Notes: generated by a model from the sequence alone, not told the origin. Positions 11,388-22,382 are shown, numbered from the stretch's first letter. The stretch: DNA of 64,000 bases from Promethearchaeota archaeon (GCA_011364975.1 RDOE01000004.1:1-64000), one strand, 5' to 3'. Translations and numbers: made by a program.

Positions 11388-12236
11388 TTAAAGTAAGGCT
11401 AAAAAATCTTCAACTTTGCTCTTAATTTCGTCGGATAACTTTTTTGAAAACCTACGATTAATGAATTCTTTTAAAAGTAACAGGCGATAACGATTTATTC
11501 TAGGTTCCATTAAATCTTGAGATAATTGATCAATTAGGTCATCCTCATAAATTATTTTAACCTTTTCTAATGCATTTTTCGCATATTCCGCCTCTTTGAT
11601 TAACTTTTTTATGCCACGTTTGAGAATTAAGAACTGTTCTTTTTCATCGAAAAATTCGAGAGCTTTCTCTATAAGATTCTCTTCAAATTTTAGCTTTAAT
11701 TTTTGATCCCAAGGAGTTTGCAAGATATTTTGATGAGAGTCCATTATAAGTGCAGCATTTCCCTTTAAACGTATATTATCGTAATCGCTTTCATCAAGAA
11801 AGATAACTTTATTTGCTTCTCTATAAATTTCGGGAATTAAATTATCTAATATTCGGTTTATAAGAGCTAAAAATTTCTCATCCCTTTTTATTCTTAAGAG
11901 ATATATTTGATAATTAAAAATCTTAGCATGAATTAGGCTAAGTATACCATATAGTCCAAAATTCCTAATAAAATAATTTAAGTTTAAGATCTCTACATTT
12001 TCTTTAGGTGGGCTTTCAGCTTTCATTAGCAAATCAATTGTCTCATATCCCATTATGTTACCTTTTGAATTTATAAAAACGATAAATTGGTGTTCTTTAC
12101 AAACACCACCTTGAGGAACTTGGATCTTAATTATACCAAATCTTTTTTGAGTAAGAATTGATTGAGGAATTTGAATATTCTTTACAATTTCACAAATTGG
12201 GCAGGATACTTCAATTTCTTTATAACTTTCCGCCAT
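11388..12236 (-). CDS. Hypothetical protein with N-terminal CPxC...CxxH zinc-binding module (paralog 2)
   Basis: CPIC...VPQGGVCKEHQFIVFI. Shares IHAKxFxY, PW and INxxR motifs with 10346..11191. Confidence 0.75.
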   Translation of the reverse strand: MAESYKEIEVSCPICEIVKNIQIPQSILTQKRFGIIKIQVPQGGVCKEHQFIVFINSKGNIMGYETIDLLMKAESPPKENVEILNLNYFIRNFGLYGILSLIHAKIFNYQIYLLRIKRDEKFLALINRILDNLIPEIYREANKVIFLDESDYDNIRLKGNAALIMDSHQNILQTPWDQKLKLKFEENLIEKALEFFDEKEQFLILKRGIKKLIKEAEYAKNALEKVKIIYEDDLIDQLSQDLMEPRINRYRLLLLKEFINRRFSKKLSDEIKSKVEDFLALL

Positions 12237-12404
12237 TTTTAACTAAATCTATTCCTGGTCACTAATAATAGTTAATTGAATTAGTCATAATTAATATAAT
12301 ATTTTATACTATCAAAAGGTATCATTTTTAACTAAACATGGTTTTTCTAATTTAGACTTAGGGATCAAATTTGAAATTAATACATATTTTAAGAGGGAAA
12401 TAAT

Positions 12405-13685
12405 ATGAAATTAGATATTTCTAATGAGGACTCTTACTTTATGTACAATTTTATCCAAGAGATTATAGATAAATGTGGGGCAAGGATGCCCTGCAGTCCC
12501 CAAGAACAAAAAGCAGCTTTAATGATAAAGAATGAAATGGATAAAGTCTGTGATAGTTGTGAGATTGAAAAGTTTTATTGTCATCCTCGTGCTTTTTTAG
12601 GATTCATTAAAGTAATTATTGTACTCACTTTAGTTTCTTATATTGCATTTTTCTTTTTACCGTTAAATTTACCGTTTTATTGGATACAAGGGTTGACAAC
12701 AACCTCATTTATACTAAATTTAATATCAATATTAATTTTATGGAACGAATTTTTTAATTATCGAGAATTTATCGACCCTTTATTTAAAAATAAAGAATCT
12801 CAGAATGTAATTGGTAAATTTAAACCAAAGGGAAAGTTGGAAAAAATCATAATCTTCTCAGGGCACCATGATAGTGCACTCCAGTTTAATTTATTAAAGA
12901 CTCTTAAGATTGGATATCCAATAATAATATTTGCAGGTTTAATTGTTCTTTTTATTTGGTTCATTACATCTGGATTAATTTTTATCCTTTCTTTTGTAAA
13001 TTTATTTGCTTTCCAAGATTTTTTCATATTTTCTATAGTTTTATTTATATTTGGAGTCCCCGCGTTAATATCTTTGTTTTTTTTTGTATCTTCCGGTGAG
13101 AAAGCAAATAAAGTTCCCGGAGCAGTCGATAATCTAAGCGCTGTTGGGATTGTGTTAGGTCTTGGACGATACTTGCAAAAAAATAAACATCTTATTCCAA
13201 ATAATACGGAAATACGATTAATATCTTTTGGGTGTGAAGAAGCGGGATTAAGAGGCGCTTACAGGTATGTAGAGCGCCATAAAGACGAATTAATGGAGTA
13301 TGACGCCGAATGTGTAAATATGGATGCCATTCAAACCCCTCAGAGTATATCTATCATAAATTTCGAACCATCTACTCGAACTAAACACTCTGAGACTGTT
13401 GTAAATAAGTTAATTAAAGCTGCAAAAAATACAGAAATAAATATTACATCTTCATCTCTTGGAGGTTCTGGTTCATTTGAAAAAGTTTTTGGTCAAATTA
13501 CCGGAGGAACCGACGCAACGGCATTTTCTAAATCAAATATTAAAGCAGCCAACATTTCTGCAATGAATCTAAAAAGGATGCTCGAATTCTACCACCAACC
13601 TGGTGATACTCCCGATAAGATAGAAAAAGGAGCTCTTGAAAGTGTTTTAAAAGTGTGCTTAAACTATATCATGTTAGAAGATTGA
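12405..13685 (+). CDS. Membrane-embedded M28/M20-family metallopeptidase
   Basis: GHHDS, GAVDNLSAV, GCEEAGLRG, NMD, GGTDA and YHQPGD motifs, with inserted TM helices. Confidence 0.85.
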   Translation: MKLDISNEDSYFMYNFIQEIIDKCGARMPCSPQEQKAALMIKNEMDKVCDSCEIEKFYCHPRAFLGFIKVIIVLTLVSYIAFFFLPLNLPFYWIQGLTTTSFILNLISILILWNEFFNYREFIDPLFKNKESQNVIGKFKPKGKLEKIIIFSGHHDSALQFNLLKTLKIGYPIIIFAGLIVLFIWFITSGLIFILSFVNLFAFQDFFIFSIVLFIFGVPALISLFFFVSSGEKANKVPGAVDNLSAVGIVLGLGRYLQKNKHLIPNNTEIRLISFGCEEAGLRGAYRYVERHKDELMEYDAECVNMDAIQTPQSISIINFEPSTRTKHSETVVNKLIKAAKNTEINITSSSLGGSGSFEKVFGQITGGTDATAFSKSNIKAANISAMNLKRMLEFYHQPGDTPDKIEKGALESVLKVCLNYIMLED

Positions 13686-13712
13686 CAGAAAGAATTGAAA
13701 ACTAAGAAGAGT

Positions 13713-16325
13713 TTACCTCTTTCTCGTTAATTTCATTACAAAACTTGTAAACAGCATTCCTAATATCATTGGTATAATTCCAATTCCTAGTATAGCAAAA
13801 AAGAAGTATGAACTAAGAGTATTAAAGTATGCATTCATGAATAATTGGCCCGCGGAATCGATAAGATAATGGGTTATGATACTAGGAACTAAACTTTTAG
13901 TCTGAATGAACATATATCCGAATAGTAAGCCTAGAAATGTAGCAAAAACAACTTGGATTATTGTAGCAATTAGATTTTGGCCTCCAATCAAATTAACAAA
14001 GTGAAATAACCCAAATATTACTGAAACTACAATTAAAGATGTGAACTCCGTATATTTTTTTAAATTCATTGTGGTCATAACACCTCGAAATGAGATCTCT
14101 TCCCATATCCCGGGGATTAACATTATCACGAAATAAAACCATCCTAATCTGAAAATTGTAAGATTTGGAATACCAAATATAACTTCTAAGTCAAAATAGT
14201 AAGTCCCAAAAATGTTTGCCATAATAAATGAACTTAAAAAGAAAATTATCGAACATCCAAGTCCAATTATGATATTTCGTATAAGATTATCTCTTAAATT
14301 TAACCCGATTGATTTTGTAAATCCTCTAAGCTTTTGGTTTCCTATTGGTAGATGAATAACACGAGGAACAATAATTAACCAAAGTAAAACCATAAATCCA
14401 AAGGAAATAAAGAAATCAATAAATAATAAGACGATATCTGGAATTACATCTACAATAAAAATTAATGGAAGCTCAATAAATCCGGGTAAGAATAGGAATA
14501 TACCGTATAAAATTAAAAGTACCACTGTACCCCCCATAGGATATTTTCGGAAGCTTTCACGTATACTTATCATCTCCTTTCTACCAAACTCCTTTGGAAA
14601 CATACTATTTAGAGATAAAATAAGAAGAATTATAGCTATTAAGCTAGTACCAGCAAGAACAATTGTCATTATTATTAGGTCGCCAAATAACAAGAATAAA
14701 CTTCCGATAAGAATATATCCCGCTAGAATTAAGAATTGTGTTATAATCAGAGCTGTCCATTTCATTACTTTTTTCTCAGGGTTAACCTCCTCTAAAACAA
14801 ATTTATACTTCATTCTACCAAACATACGAATCTTCATAGAAAAAGCATTAAGTAAAAATAAGAGTGCAATTGGATACCATGAAATAAATAAAGGAATAAA
14901 TGGTCTCAATGAGGGAGTTATGAATAATATTACAATAACGGGTAAGAAAAAGGAAACCGTCTGAATAATAACAAGTAATATAAGTTTAGCTTTTGCTTGG
15001 TCACGAGGATTTAGAGGTAAAGCCGCCGTTATTGTTGCACCAGTATCTTCTACGTTTAAAAAACCTGATACAATCATGAGGGAAATTATTGGTTGATAAA
15101 ACATTAAAAAACTCCAAAAAGCTATGAGATAACTAAAAATATCTCCAAATTCTCCACTTGGTATAAAACCAAATACGAAAACGATAAGAAGTGGCATTAT
15201 CATCGGCATGAGGAGAAACATAAACATCTGAATGTCCCGAGTAGCTATTGAGAGATCTTTTTTAATATACGATTTAATGGGAGTTACTTTTTTAATTGAA
15301 ATTATTTCATCTCCTGATTGTTTTAATTTATTTTCTCTTGCTTTTTTGACAATAAGTAAAGTTGAAGAAGTGATGGATCTCATTGATTTTACAGCTTTAT
15401 TATACAAAATCATTGTTAATAATATTAACAGAAGCATCCCAATTATTGTTGGTATCCACTGAATAGGTGGAAAACTTAAAGGATCCATCAGCATAGTTAT
15501 AAGAATACTAGGCGCAAATGGAAAAGGAATCATACTTATGAAAAATATAACAATATAGGAAACATTCATTGCCGAAACTATTATAAAAAATGAACCTATA
15601 GCACTTACTGCCCATTGAATAAATAATGATGCCGACATTACTACTATTATATAAGCCAGCATTGTAAAAACACGAATCATGGTTGATTTTTTAGATCCTG
15701 CGCTTTCTACCTTTAATATTCGCCCTATTTTCTCTGCGACTAATATTAAAACACTGAAGGCCAATATTACTTGAAGTATTGAAATTAATGAGCTAATTAT
15801 AATTAGAAGGAAATTTTGACTAAGAATTCCAATTACTAATGGAAAAGATAGGATCATCATAATAAATGCGAGATCTAAATTTCGAAGAACTGTTATAAAG
15901 CCTAATTTTTGCAATCTATTTTTAGAGAGAGGTAATGTTTCAAACCACTGAAAAACTTCTCCTGACATCATAGAACCAATTGCGAACATACCCATAAACG
16001 TCAAATATACTAATTGCATCCCAAAAAAGATTCCAAACATGATACTTCCGCCAAATAAAATAGATTCTATTGAAATTGTGCCACTATTTATAAATTCAGT
16101 AAGTGGAAAATAAAACACAACAATTAATATAGCGGCCATCCCAAATATGAATCCATAGGCAAATCTCATGGCAAAAACTTGATATTTTATTGAATTCTTG
16201 TTTTTCTTAAACTTTTCCATCAATCTTGCTTGATTCGCTCCAGACGATTGCACTTGGGAATCTAATACAATCTCTAAATTCGTATATTTTGCTAGTTTAT
16301 AAAGTCCAAGCTTATTTCTACTCAT
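13713..16325 (-). CDS. Multi-TM ABC-type permease-like protein fused to C-terminal CPBP (CAAX/Abi) intramembrane protease
   Basis: Many TM helices. C-terminal WEEISFRG, FGLFH and HYLID motifs. Lies directly downstream of an ABC ATPase. Confidence 0.8.
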   Translation of the reverse strand: MSRNKLGLYKLAKYTNLEIVLDSQVQSSGANQARLMEKFKKNKNSIKYQVFAMRFAYGFIFGMAAILIVVFYFPLTEFINSGTISIESILFGGSIMFGIFFGMQLVYLTFMGMFAIGSMMSGEVFQWFETLPLSKNRLQKLGFITVLRNLDLAFIMMILSFPLVIGILSQNFLLIIISSLISILQVILAFSVLILVAEKIGRILKVESAGSKKSTMIRVFTMLAYIIVVMSASLFIQWAVSAIGSFFIIVSAMNVSYIVIFFISMIPFPFAPSILITMLMDPLSFPPIQWIPTIIGMLLLILLTMILYNKAVKSMRSITSSTLLIVKKARENKLKQSGDEIISIKKVTPIKSYIKKDLSIATRDIQMFMFLLMPMIMPLLIVFVFGFIPSGEFGDIFSYLIAFWSFLMFYQPIISLMIVSGFLNVEDTGATITAALPLNPRDQAKAKLILLVIIQTVSFFLPVIVILFITPSLRPFIPLFISWYPIALLFLLNAFSMKIRMFGRMKYKFVLEEVNPEKKVMKWTALIITQFLILAGYILIGSLFLLFGDLIIMTIVLAGTSLIAIILLILSLNSMFPKEFGRKEMISIRESFRKYPMGGTVVLLILYGIFLFLPGFIELPLIFIVDVIPDIVLLFIDFFISFGFMVLLWLIIVPRVIHLPIGNQKLRGFTKSIGLNLRDNLIRNIIIGLGCSIIFFLSSFIMANIFGTYYFDLEVIFGIPNLTIFRLGWFYFVIMLIPGIWEEISFRGVMTTMNLKKYTEFTSLIVVSVIFGLFHFVNLIGGQNLIATIIQVVFATFLGLLFGYMFIQTKSLVPSIITHYLIDSAGQLFMNAYFNTLSSYFFFAILGIGIIPMILGMLFTSFVMKLTRKR

Positions 16326-16339
16326 ATCAATTAAGAACC

Positions 16340-17134
16340 TTATTTACCATTTTTGAAGGATTTCCGTAATTTTTGCACAATTTCAATTACACTAGTATCT
16401 TGTTCGGTTAAACGTAGAAATACATCCTCTAAATTAGCTCCTAATTTGTTTGCCTGTTGTCTTAACTCTTCAATTGTACCTATGCCAACCATTTTACCTT
16501 TATTAATAATTCCAATACGATTACATAATTGTTGAGCTATTTCCATGATATGAGTAGAAAAAAGAACAGAACCCCCATTTTCAATATGAATATCTAAGAT
16601 CTCCTTTACCACTTTCACGGATTTAGCGTCTAAACCAGCCAAAGGTTCATCTAAAATAAGTAGATCAGGATCATGCAGTATTGCAGCTATTATTTGGACT
16701 TTCTGCTTATTTCCATGAGATAAAGTGGCGATAAGTTGCTCATAATAATCACTTGCCCCTAAACTGTCCATATATTCCTGAGCCTTAGCAGACACCTCTT
16801 CCTCGTCAAGTTGGCGAATAGAGGCTATAAAGCTAAATAGATCTTTTGGAGTAAGAGATTTAAAAATTAAAGGTTCTTCTGAAACATATCCAACTCTCCT
16901 CTTAATTTCCACTTCTTCCTTTTCAGGGTTCATACCGATAACTGTAATCTCACCGTCATTTGGTTCAAGTAAGCCCAATAATAATTTAATAGTAGTTGTT
17001 TTTCCAGCACCATTAGGACCTAAAAGTCCAAAAACTTCGCCCTTTTTAACATCAAATGAGATACCATCGACCGCTTTTACATCTCCAAAATATTTCTTTA
17101 AATTTCGAACAGAAACCATCATATTATTATCCAT
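16340..17134 (-). CDS. ABC transporter ATP-binding protein
   Basis: Walker A GPNGAGKT, signature LSHGNKQ, Walker B LILDEP, H-loop STH. Confidence 0.95.
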   Translation of the reverse strand: MDNNMMVSVRNLKKYFGDVKAVDGISFDVKKGEVFGLLGPNGAGKTTTIKLLLGLLEPNDGEITVIGMNPEKEEVEIKRRVGYVSEEPLIFKSLTPKDLFSFIASIRQLDEEEVSAKAQEYMDSLGASDYYEQLIATLSHGNKQKVQIIAAILHDPDLLILDEPLAGLDAKSVKVVKEILDIHIENGGSVLFSTHIMEIAQQLCNRIGIINKGKMVGIGTIEELRQQANKLGANLEDVFLRLTEQDTSVIEIVQKLRKSFKNGK

Positions 17135-17146
17135 TTTTTAACCTCA

Positions 17147-19816
17147 TTATATTTGTTTTTCTAGTAATTTATTTTCAATTATCACACTTTTACTATTCCA
17201 ATTTTTAGAGATAATTCTTATAAAAAGAATGTCAATAATTGTGGGCAATATTCCTATAAAAACAATCATAAAAATCATCAATTGAATTACAGTATCGATT
17301 TGAGTTATTGAAAGTATCAATCCTACAGTATTAATTAAATAGTGAACTATTATACTGGGAATTAAACTATTTGTTTTAATAAAAAGATACCCTAATAATA
17401 ATCCCAAAAAGAAGGTGTAAATGACTTGAAATAGTACAGTTATAATGTTTCCTCCTGATAATAAAACATTAATGGCATTAAATGCATGTGCTAATCCAAA
17501 GAAGATACTACTAATGATAATTCCTGTTATTTTTGAATATTTCTTCAATAACATAGGAATCATAACTCCCCGAAATGCAACTTCTTCCCAAATACCTGGC
17601 TGAAGCATAAATATCCAGATAAACCACCCGTAACTAAAAAACCCGGGAATCAATGGATTTGGGTCTCCAAATAATAATTCCGGAGCAAAAATAAAATTTC
17701 CCAAAAGGTTAGCACCAATGAAAACTATAATACCATAAATAATAAACGAGCCTACACCTACCATTATATTTCTACCAACAGGTTTAACTTTTGATATTCG
17801 AATCTCCTTAGTATAGTCCTTAAATGATTTATTTTTACCAAGGAGTTTCAAACCCTTCGGAACAATATATAACAGCAAAAGAGCAAAGAATGCTTGTACC
17901 CAAAGAAATTCTATAATTATTATTGCTACGTAAGGTAAACTCAGCATCCATGGTATAAAGAAAATTGACTCTAATAAGAAAGCGATAAAAGGAAATGCAT
18001 TGAATAAAAGAAATACTACAGAATTACCAATGATTGGTTGTTTCCTTAAAAATCCCCCTGTTTCATAACTTGGCATCTGTTCTGCTTTAGGAAACATCTT
18101 ATATAACCCAAATATTAGTAAACTTAAGCTGAATAATCCTATTAAAAATGCACTGCTTATGGCTGCGATTATTCCAAATAACGTAAACATAATTGAATTA
18201 GCGATTAATATTATGAAATATACCCCTAACTCGGCAGCTATCATGGCTATCCACTTCATAATTTTATGTCGTGTGTTGACCTCTTCCAGAACATATCGAT
18301 ATTTCATTTTTCCGAATAAGGAAACTTTCATTTCAAACATTAGTAATAAAAAGGTCCAAATAATTGGAAGACTACTAAGCATTAGACCTAAAACAATGAT
18401 TGATTGAGTTTGAATCGTTAGTATAATGCTCATAAGAATCATTGAAAGGCTATGAATCGTTAACATCAATAATATTTTTGCTTTCATTTGATCTCGGGGT
18501 ACCAGTGGTAATGAAGCCAATATTGAAGAACCTGATTCTTCTATGCTTAAAAGACCCCCTACCAGAATAATAGGAATGAAGATATTAGCTCCAATGATAA
18601 TTGACCATAAAATCATAATACTTACCGGTGATGTAACTTCTCTGGATATAGGAATTTGCATTGAAAAGAGCATAACTAATGGAAATACGATAGGCATAAG
18701 AATAAAGATTAATGATTGATAATCTTTTGTAGATGCAATAATATCTTTCTTGATATATGCCTTTACAGGAGATATTATATTAAGATCTATTTCAACCATT
18801 TTTCGTTCTAACTCTTTTGGTTTCTTAGCCTTTCTATATTCAAATTCAGTAGTTGATACCGCCTTTAAAGATCTAACGGCTATATAATACATAATAAAGG
18901 TTATAAACGCAAAAATCGCTATCCCGATTAACGTTGAGAACCAAATAACAATAGGAACTTGTCCAGGAATCATAGTTATTCCCACTAAAAATCCAGGAGC
19001 TAAAGGAAAGGGAATAATACTTAGTATTATTGCAATTATTTCCGTCGGTGGTGAGATACTTAATGAAATAATGAGGTCAAAGATTGCATTAAATCCTATA
19101 TTTAATACTAGCCCCGTGCTAAATGCAATAAAGAAATAACTAAGTAAAGATATAATCCTAAAAATATTTCTTTTTTTAGATTTCGTTCCTCCCTCTGAAA
19201 AAAGTCTACTAAATTTTTCTCCTATAATTATTAAGATACTCACGCTAAACATTGTTATAAGGAATGAAGAGATTAAACTCATTAAAAATGTAACTATATT
19301 CTGGGTCATGATTAATAATGCTATTGGAAAAGAAAAAATCATTAATATAATCATCACCCCTTGACTTCGAAATAAACTCATATACCCTAACTTTCCTATT
19401 TTGTCTTTTGAAAGTGGTAGTGTTTGCAACCACTTGAATGCATTACCCGTCATCAAAGAACTAGTAGTAAATAAGCCAAAAAGCACAATATACAAGATTA
19501 ATATGATATAAAAAGTGGTTATAAATGAACCGAAAATTATAATTGCTCCTTCATTTGAAAGAGCATAAGCATTGATTTCCCCTAAAAGTTCAAAGTAAAA
19601 GATAAAACTTAGAAATGGAAAAAAGATCATTAATATTGCAGAAACCAATTTTAATGCTATTACTTGGTTTCTCACATAATTCTTATTCCTCTCAAATTTT
19701 TCCAATAATTTTGCTTGATGTGCTCCTGCTGACATATATTGAGATTCCATAGTGATCTCAAGTAAAGGATATTTGGATAACGAATAAAGTGAAAGTGGTT
19801 TATCTTTTTTTCTCAA
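17147..19816 (-). CDS. Multi-TM ABC-type permease-like protein fused to CPBP protease (paralog)
   Basis: WEEVAFRG, FGLAH and HYLIN motifs. Paralog of 13713..16325. Confidence 0.8.
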   Translation of the reverse strand: MRKKDKPLSLYSLSKYPLLEITMESQYMSAGAHQAKLLEKFERNKNYVRNQVIALKLVSAILMIFFPFLSFIFYFELLGEINAYALSNEGAIIIFGSFITTFYIILILYIVLFGLFTTSSLMTGNAFKWLQTLPLSKDKIGKLGYMSLFRSQGVMIILMIFSFPIALLIMTQNIVTFLMSLISSFLITMFSVSILIIIGEKFSRLFSEGGTKSKKRNIFRIISLLSYFFIAFSTGLVLNIGFNAIFDLIISLSISPPTEIIAIILSIIPFPLAPGFLVGITMIPGQVPIVIWFSTLIGIAIFAFITFIMYYIAVRSLKAVSTTEFEYRKAKKPKELERKMVEIDLNIISPVKAYIKKDIIASTKDYQSLIFILMPIVFPLVMLFSMQIPISREVTSPVSIMILWSIIIGANIFIPIILVGGLLSIEESGSSILASLPLVPRDQMKAKILLMLTIHSLSMILMSIILTIQTQSIIVLGLMLSSLPIIWTFLLLMFEMKVSLFGKMKYRYVLEEVNTRHKIMKWIAMIAAELGVYFIILIANSIMFTLFGIIAAISSAFLIGLFSLSLLIFGLYKMFPKAEQMPSYETGGFLRKQPIIGNSVVFLLFNAFPFIAFLLESIFFIPWMLSLPYVAIIIIEFLWVQAFFALLLLYIVPKGLKLLGKNKSFKDYTKEIRISKVKPVGRNIMVGVGSFIIYGIIVFIGANLLGNFIFAPELLFGDPNPLIPGFFSYGWFIWIFMLQPGIWEEVAFRGVMIPMLLKKYSKITGIIISSIFFGLAHAFNAINVLLSGGNIITVLFQVIYTFFLGLLLGYLFIKTNSLIPSIIVHYLINTVGLILSITQIDTVIQLMIFMIVFIGILPTIIDILFIRIISKNWNSKSVIIENKLLEKQI

Positions 19817-19817
19817 A

Positions 19818-20633
19818 TTATTCCATCTCTTTTATTTTTGATTTGTAAGATTTCCTTAATTTCTTTACAATCTCAACCACAGAATTATCTTGTTCTGTAA
19901 GCCTCAGAAATACCTCTTCTAACCGCGCTCCCATTTTATTCGTTTGTTGTTTTAATTCTTCAAATGTCCCAATTCCCACAATCTTTCCCTTATTGATAAT
20001 TGCGATACGATCACACAATTCTTCAGCCAATTCCATTATGTGGGTTGAAAATATCACAGAACCTCCTTTCTCTGTATGAATATCTAATATCTCTTTAACT
20101 ACACGCACACTTTTTGCATCAAGCCCTGAAAGGGGCTCATCAAGAATTAGTAAATCGGGTTCGTGAATAATTGAGGCAATTATTTGCATTTTTTGTTTAT
20201 TACCATGAGATAGGGTTGCGATTATTTGTTGATAATAATCAATTGCTTCCAAACTTTCTAAATATTCTTTTACTTTTTTAGTGGTTTCTTCTTCATCTAA
20301 TTTTCTTATAGATGCAATAAAATTGAATAAATCTTTTGGTGTGAGTGATTTAAAAATTAAAGGTTCTTCTGATACGTATCCAACACGACTTTTAATTTTA
20401 ACTTCATCTCGCTCAGGATTCATACCAAATATCTTAATCTCTCCACCTAAAGGTTCAAGTAATCCCAGAAGAAGTTTTAGAGTTGTAGTTTTTCCAGCAC
20501 CATTAGGACCTAAAAGTCCAAATACTTCTCCTTTATAAACATTAAAACTGATGTCATTTACAGCTTTCACATCATCAAAGTATTTTTTCAAATTATGTAC
20601 GTTAATAATTTCACTTTCTATCATACTCATCAT
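19818..20633 (-). CDS. ABC transporter ATP-binding protein (paralog)
   Basis: GPNGAGKT, LSHGNKQ, LILDEP. Highly similar to 16340..17134. Confidence 0.95.
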   Translation of the reverse strand: MMSMIESEIINVHNLKKYFDDVKAVNDISFNVYKGEVFGLLGPNGAGKTTTLKLLLGLLEPLGGEIKIFGMNPERDEVKIKSRVGYVSEEPLIFKSLTPKDLFNFIASIRKLDEEETTKKVKEYLESLEAIDYYQQIIATLSHGNKQKMQIIASIIHEPDLLILDEPLSGLDAKSVRVVKEILDIHTEKGGSVIFSTHIMELAEELCDRIAIINKGKIVGIGTFEELKQQTNKMGARLEEVFLRLTEQDNSVVEIVKKLRKSYKSKIKEME

Positions 20634-20857
20634 AAATTTAAATATTGGAATGTAAATGAAGTTTTATATATATTGTTATATTTTTTCATATATACGTAAA
20701 TATATAAATATTTCGAATGAACAATAAACTTAATTATAAATCACAGAATACTGTAAAAAGCCCCCTAATTATAAAATATTTAAAATATTTAAAAATATAC
20801 AATTAAAAAAACACTGATTTTTATTGTATATGATGCAAATTTTTGAGTTTACAGAAA

Positions 20858-21724
20858 TTATTCCATATCTGAAAAAATTCTCCTTTTTATCATTTTTCCT
20901 GTTTTAGTGGCTGCAATTCCTCCCTTCCCTGTTTCTTTTAATTCATAAGGTAATTTACGTCCTACCTTCATCATTGCATCAATGATTTCATCAGCTGGAA
21001 TAATTGAAGTAACCCCAGAAAGCGCCATCTCAGCAGCTGTGAATGCATTAACAACACCTATAACATTTCGTTTTATACAAGGAGATATTACCAATCCTGC
21101 TACGGGATCGCATATAAGTCCTAGTAGATTCTTCAAACTAAGCGCAATGGCATTACTAATTTGTTCATGAGACCCTCCAGCTATGTAAGTAATTGCCGCT
21201 GCTGCCATAGCAGAAGCTACCCCTACTTCAGCTTGACATCCACCTTCACTCCCAGATAACATTGCTTGATTTCCGATTATGGCACCTATTGCAGCTGCAA
21301 CCATTAACCCATTTAAAATATCATCATCAGACTTGCTCAAAATATCCTTAGCTTTAAATAATACTGCAGGTAAGACACCTGAAGAACCAGCTGTTGGACA
21401 AGCTACAATTAATCCCATACCACTATTATATTCTCCAATAGCCATAGCCCAAGCCATAGCTTCTTTCATATTATTTCCAAAGAATATCCCGTTAGATAAT
21501 AATTTATTTGCTTGATGACTTGCCTCTTTTATAGGTAACTCCATATCGCTAGCTAATGCTTTTTCAAGCGACTGTTTCATCACATTTAATGACTTTTTCA
21601 GTCTTTCAATTATCTTAGATTCAGGAGTATGCGTATACTCACTTTCATCTTTAAGAATAAGTTCATGTAAAGGAATCTTTTGTACTTCAGATTCGCCTAA
21701 TAGTTGCGAAATTGATTCAAACAT
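20858..21724 (-). CDS. sdaAA: Fe-S L-serine dehydratase alpha subunit
   Basis: ACPTAGSSGVLP, GGCQAEVG, LGLICDPVAGLV..PCIKRN, ETGKGG. Confidence 0.92.
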   Translation of the reverse strand: MFESISQLLGESEVQKIPLHELILKDESEYTHTPESKIIERLKKSLNVMKQSLEKALASDMELPIKEASHQANKLLSNGIFFGNNMKEAMAWAMAIGEYNSGMGLIVACPTAGSSGVLPAVLFKAKDILSKSDDDILNGLMVAAAIGAIIGNQAMLSGSEGGCQAEVGVASAMAAAAITYIAGGSHEQISNAIALSLKNLLGLICDPVAGLVISPCIKRNVIGVVNAFTAAEMALSGVTSIIPADEIIDAMMKVGRKLPYELKETGKGGIAATKTGKMIKRRIFSDME

Positions 21725-22382
21725 TTATAATTCTCACCCATATAATTTCAGGATAAATTTTTAATGCCTCAACAACTTCATTTGATATTTCCGAATCCGC
21801 TTCGAGCCATGTTAATGCAATCTTTTTTTTTAAATCACGGGATACTTTCATAGAACCTATATTTAATTTATATTTTGAAAGGGTATTTGTGATATTTACC
21901 AACGCCCCTATTTTATCTTGATTCAAGATTACAAGAGTATTCGGTTCTCCTCCAAATCCTGCTTCTAAGCCATTAACCTCAATTATTTCGATATTTCCGC
22001 CCCCAATGGATGATCCAATCACTATCATCTTATCAGATTTATCGATCATTTCAATGCTTACTGAATTTGGATGATATTCTGCTCCTAAATCTACAGCTTC
22101 AAATGTATATATAAGTCCTTCTTTTTTAGCTATAGCAAATGCATCCTTAATTCGCTCATCTTCGGGAGTAAATCCTAACAATCCGCCCAATAATGCAATA
22201 TCTGTACCATGTCCTCTATATGTCTCGGCAAACGAACCATGAAGACCAATTTTTACCTCTTTGGGTTTTTTTCCAAACAATAATCTAGCAACATAAGCAA
22301 TTTGGCAAGCTCCCGCGGTATGACTTGAACTCGGCCCAACCATGATGTGCCCGATGACATCAAAAATTGAAGTATATTTCAC
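21717..22382 (-). CDS. sdaAB: Fe-S L-serine dehydratase beta subunit (with ACT domain)
   Basis: SIFDVIGHIMVGPSSSHTAGA, GSFAETYRGHGTD, SIGGG. Overlaps the sdaAA start. Confidence 0.92.
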   Translation of the reverse strand: MKYTSIFDVIGHIMVGPSSSHTAGACQIAYVARLLFGKKPKEVKIGLHGSFAETYRGHGTDIALLGGLLGFTPEDERIKDAFAIAKKEGLIYTFEAVDLGAEYHPNSVSIEMIDKSDKMIVIGSSIGGGNIEIIEVNGLEAGFGGEPNTLVILNQDKIGALVNITNTLSKYKLNIGSMKVSRDLKKKIALTWLEADSEISNEVVEALKIYPEIIWVRIINV

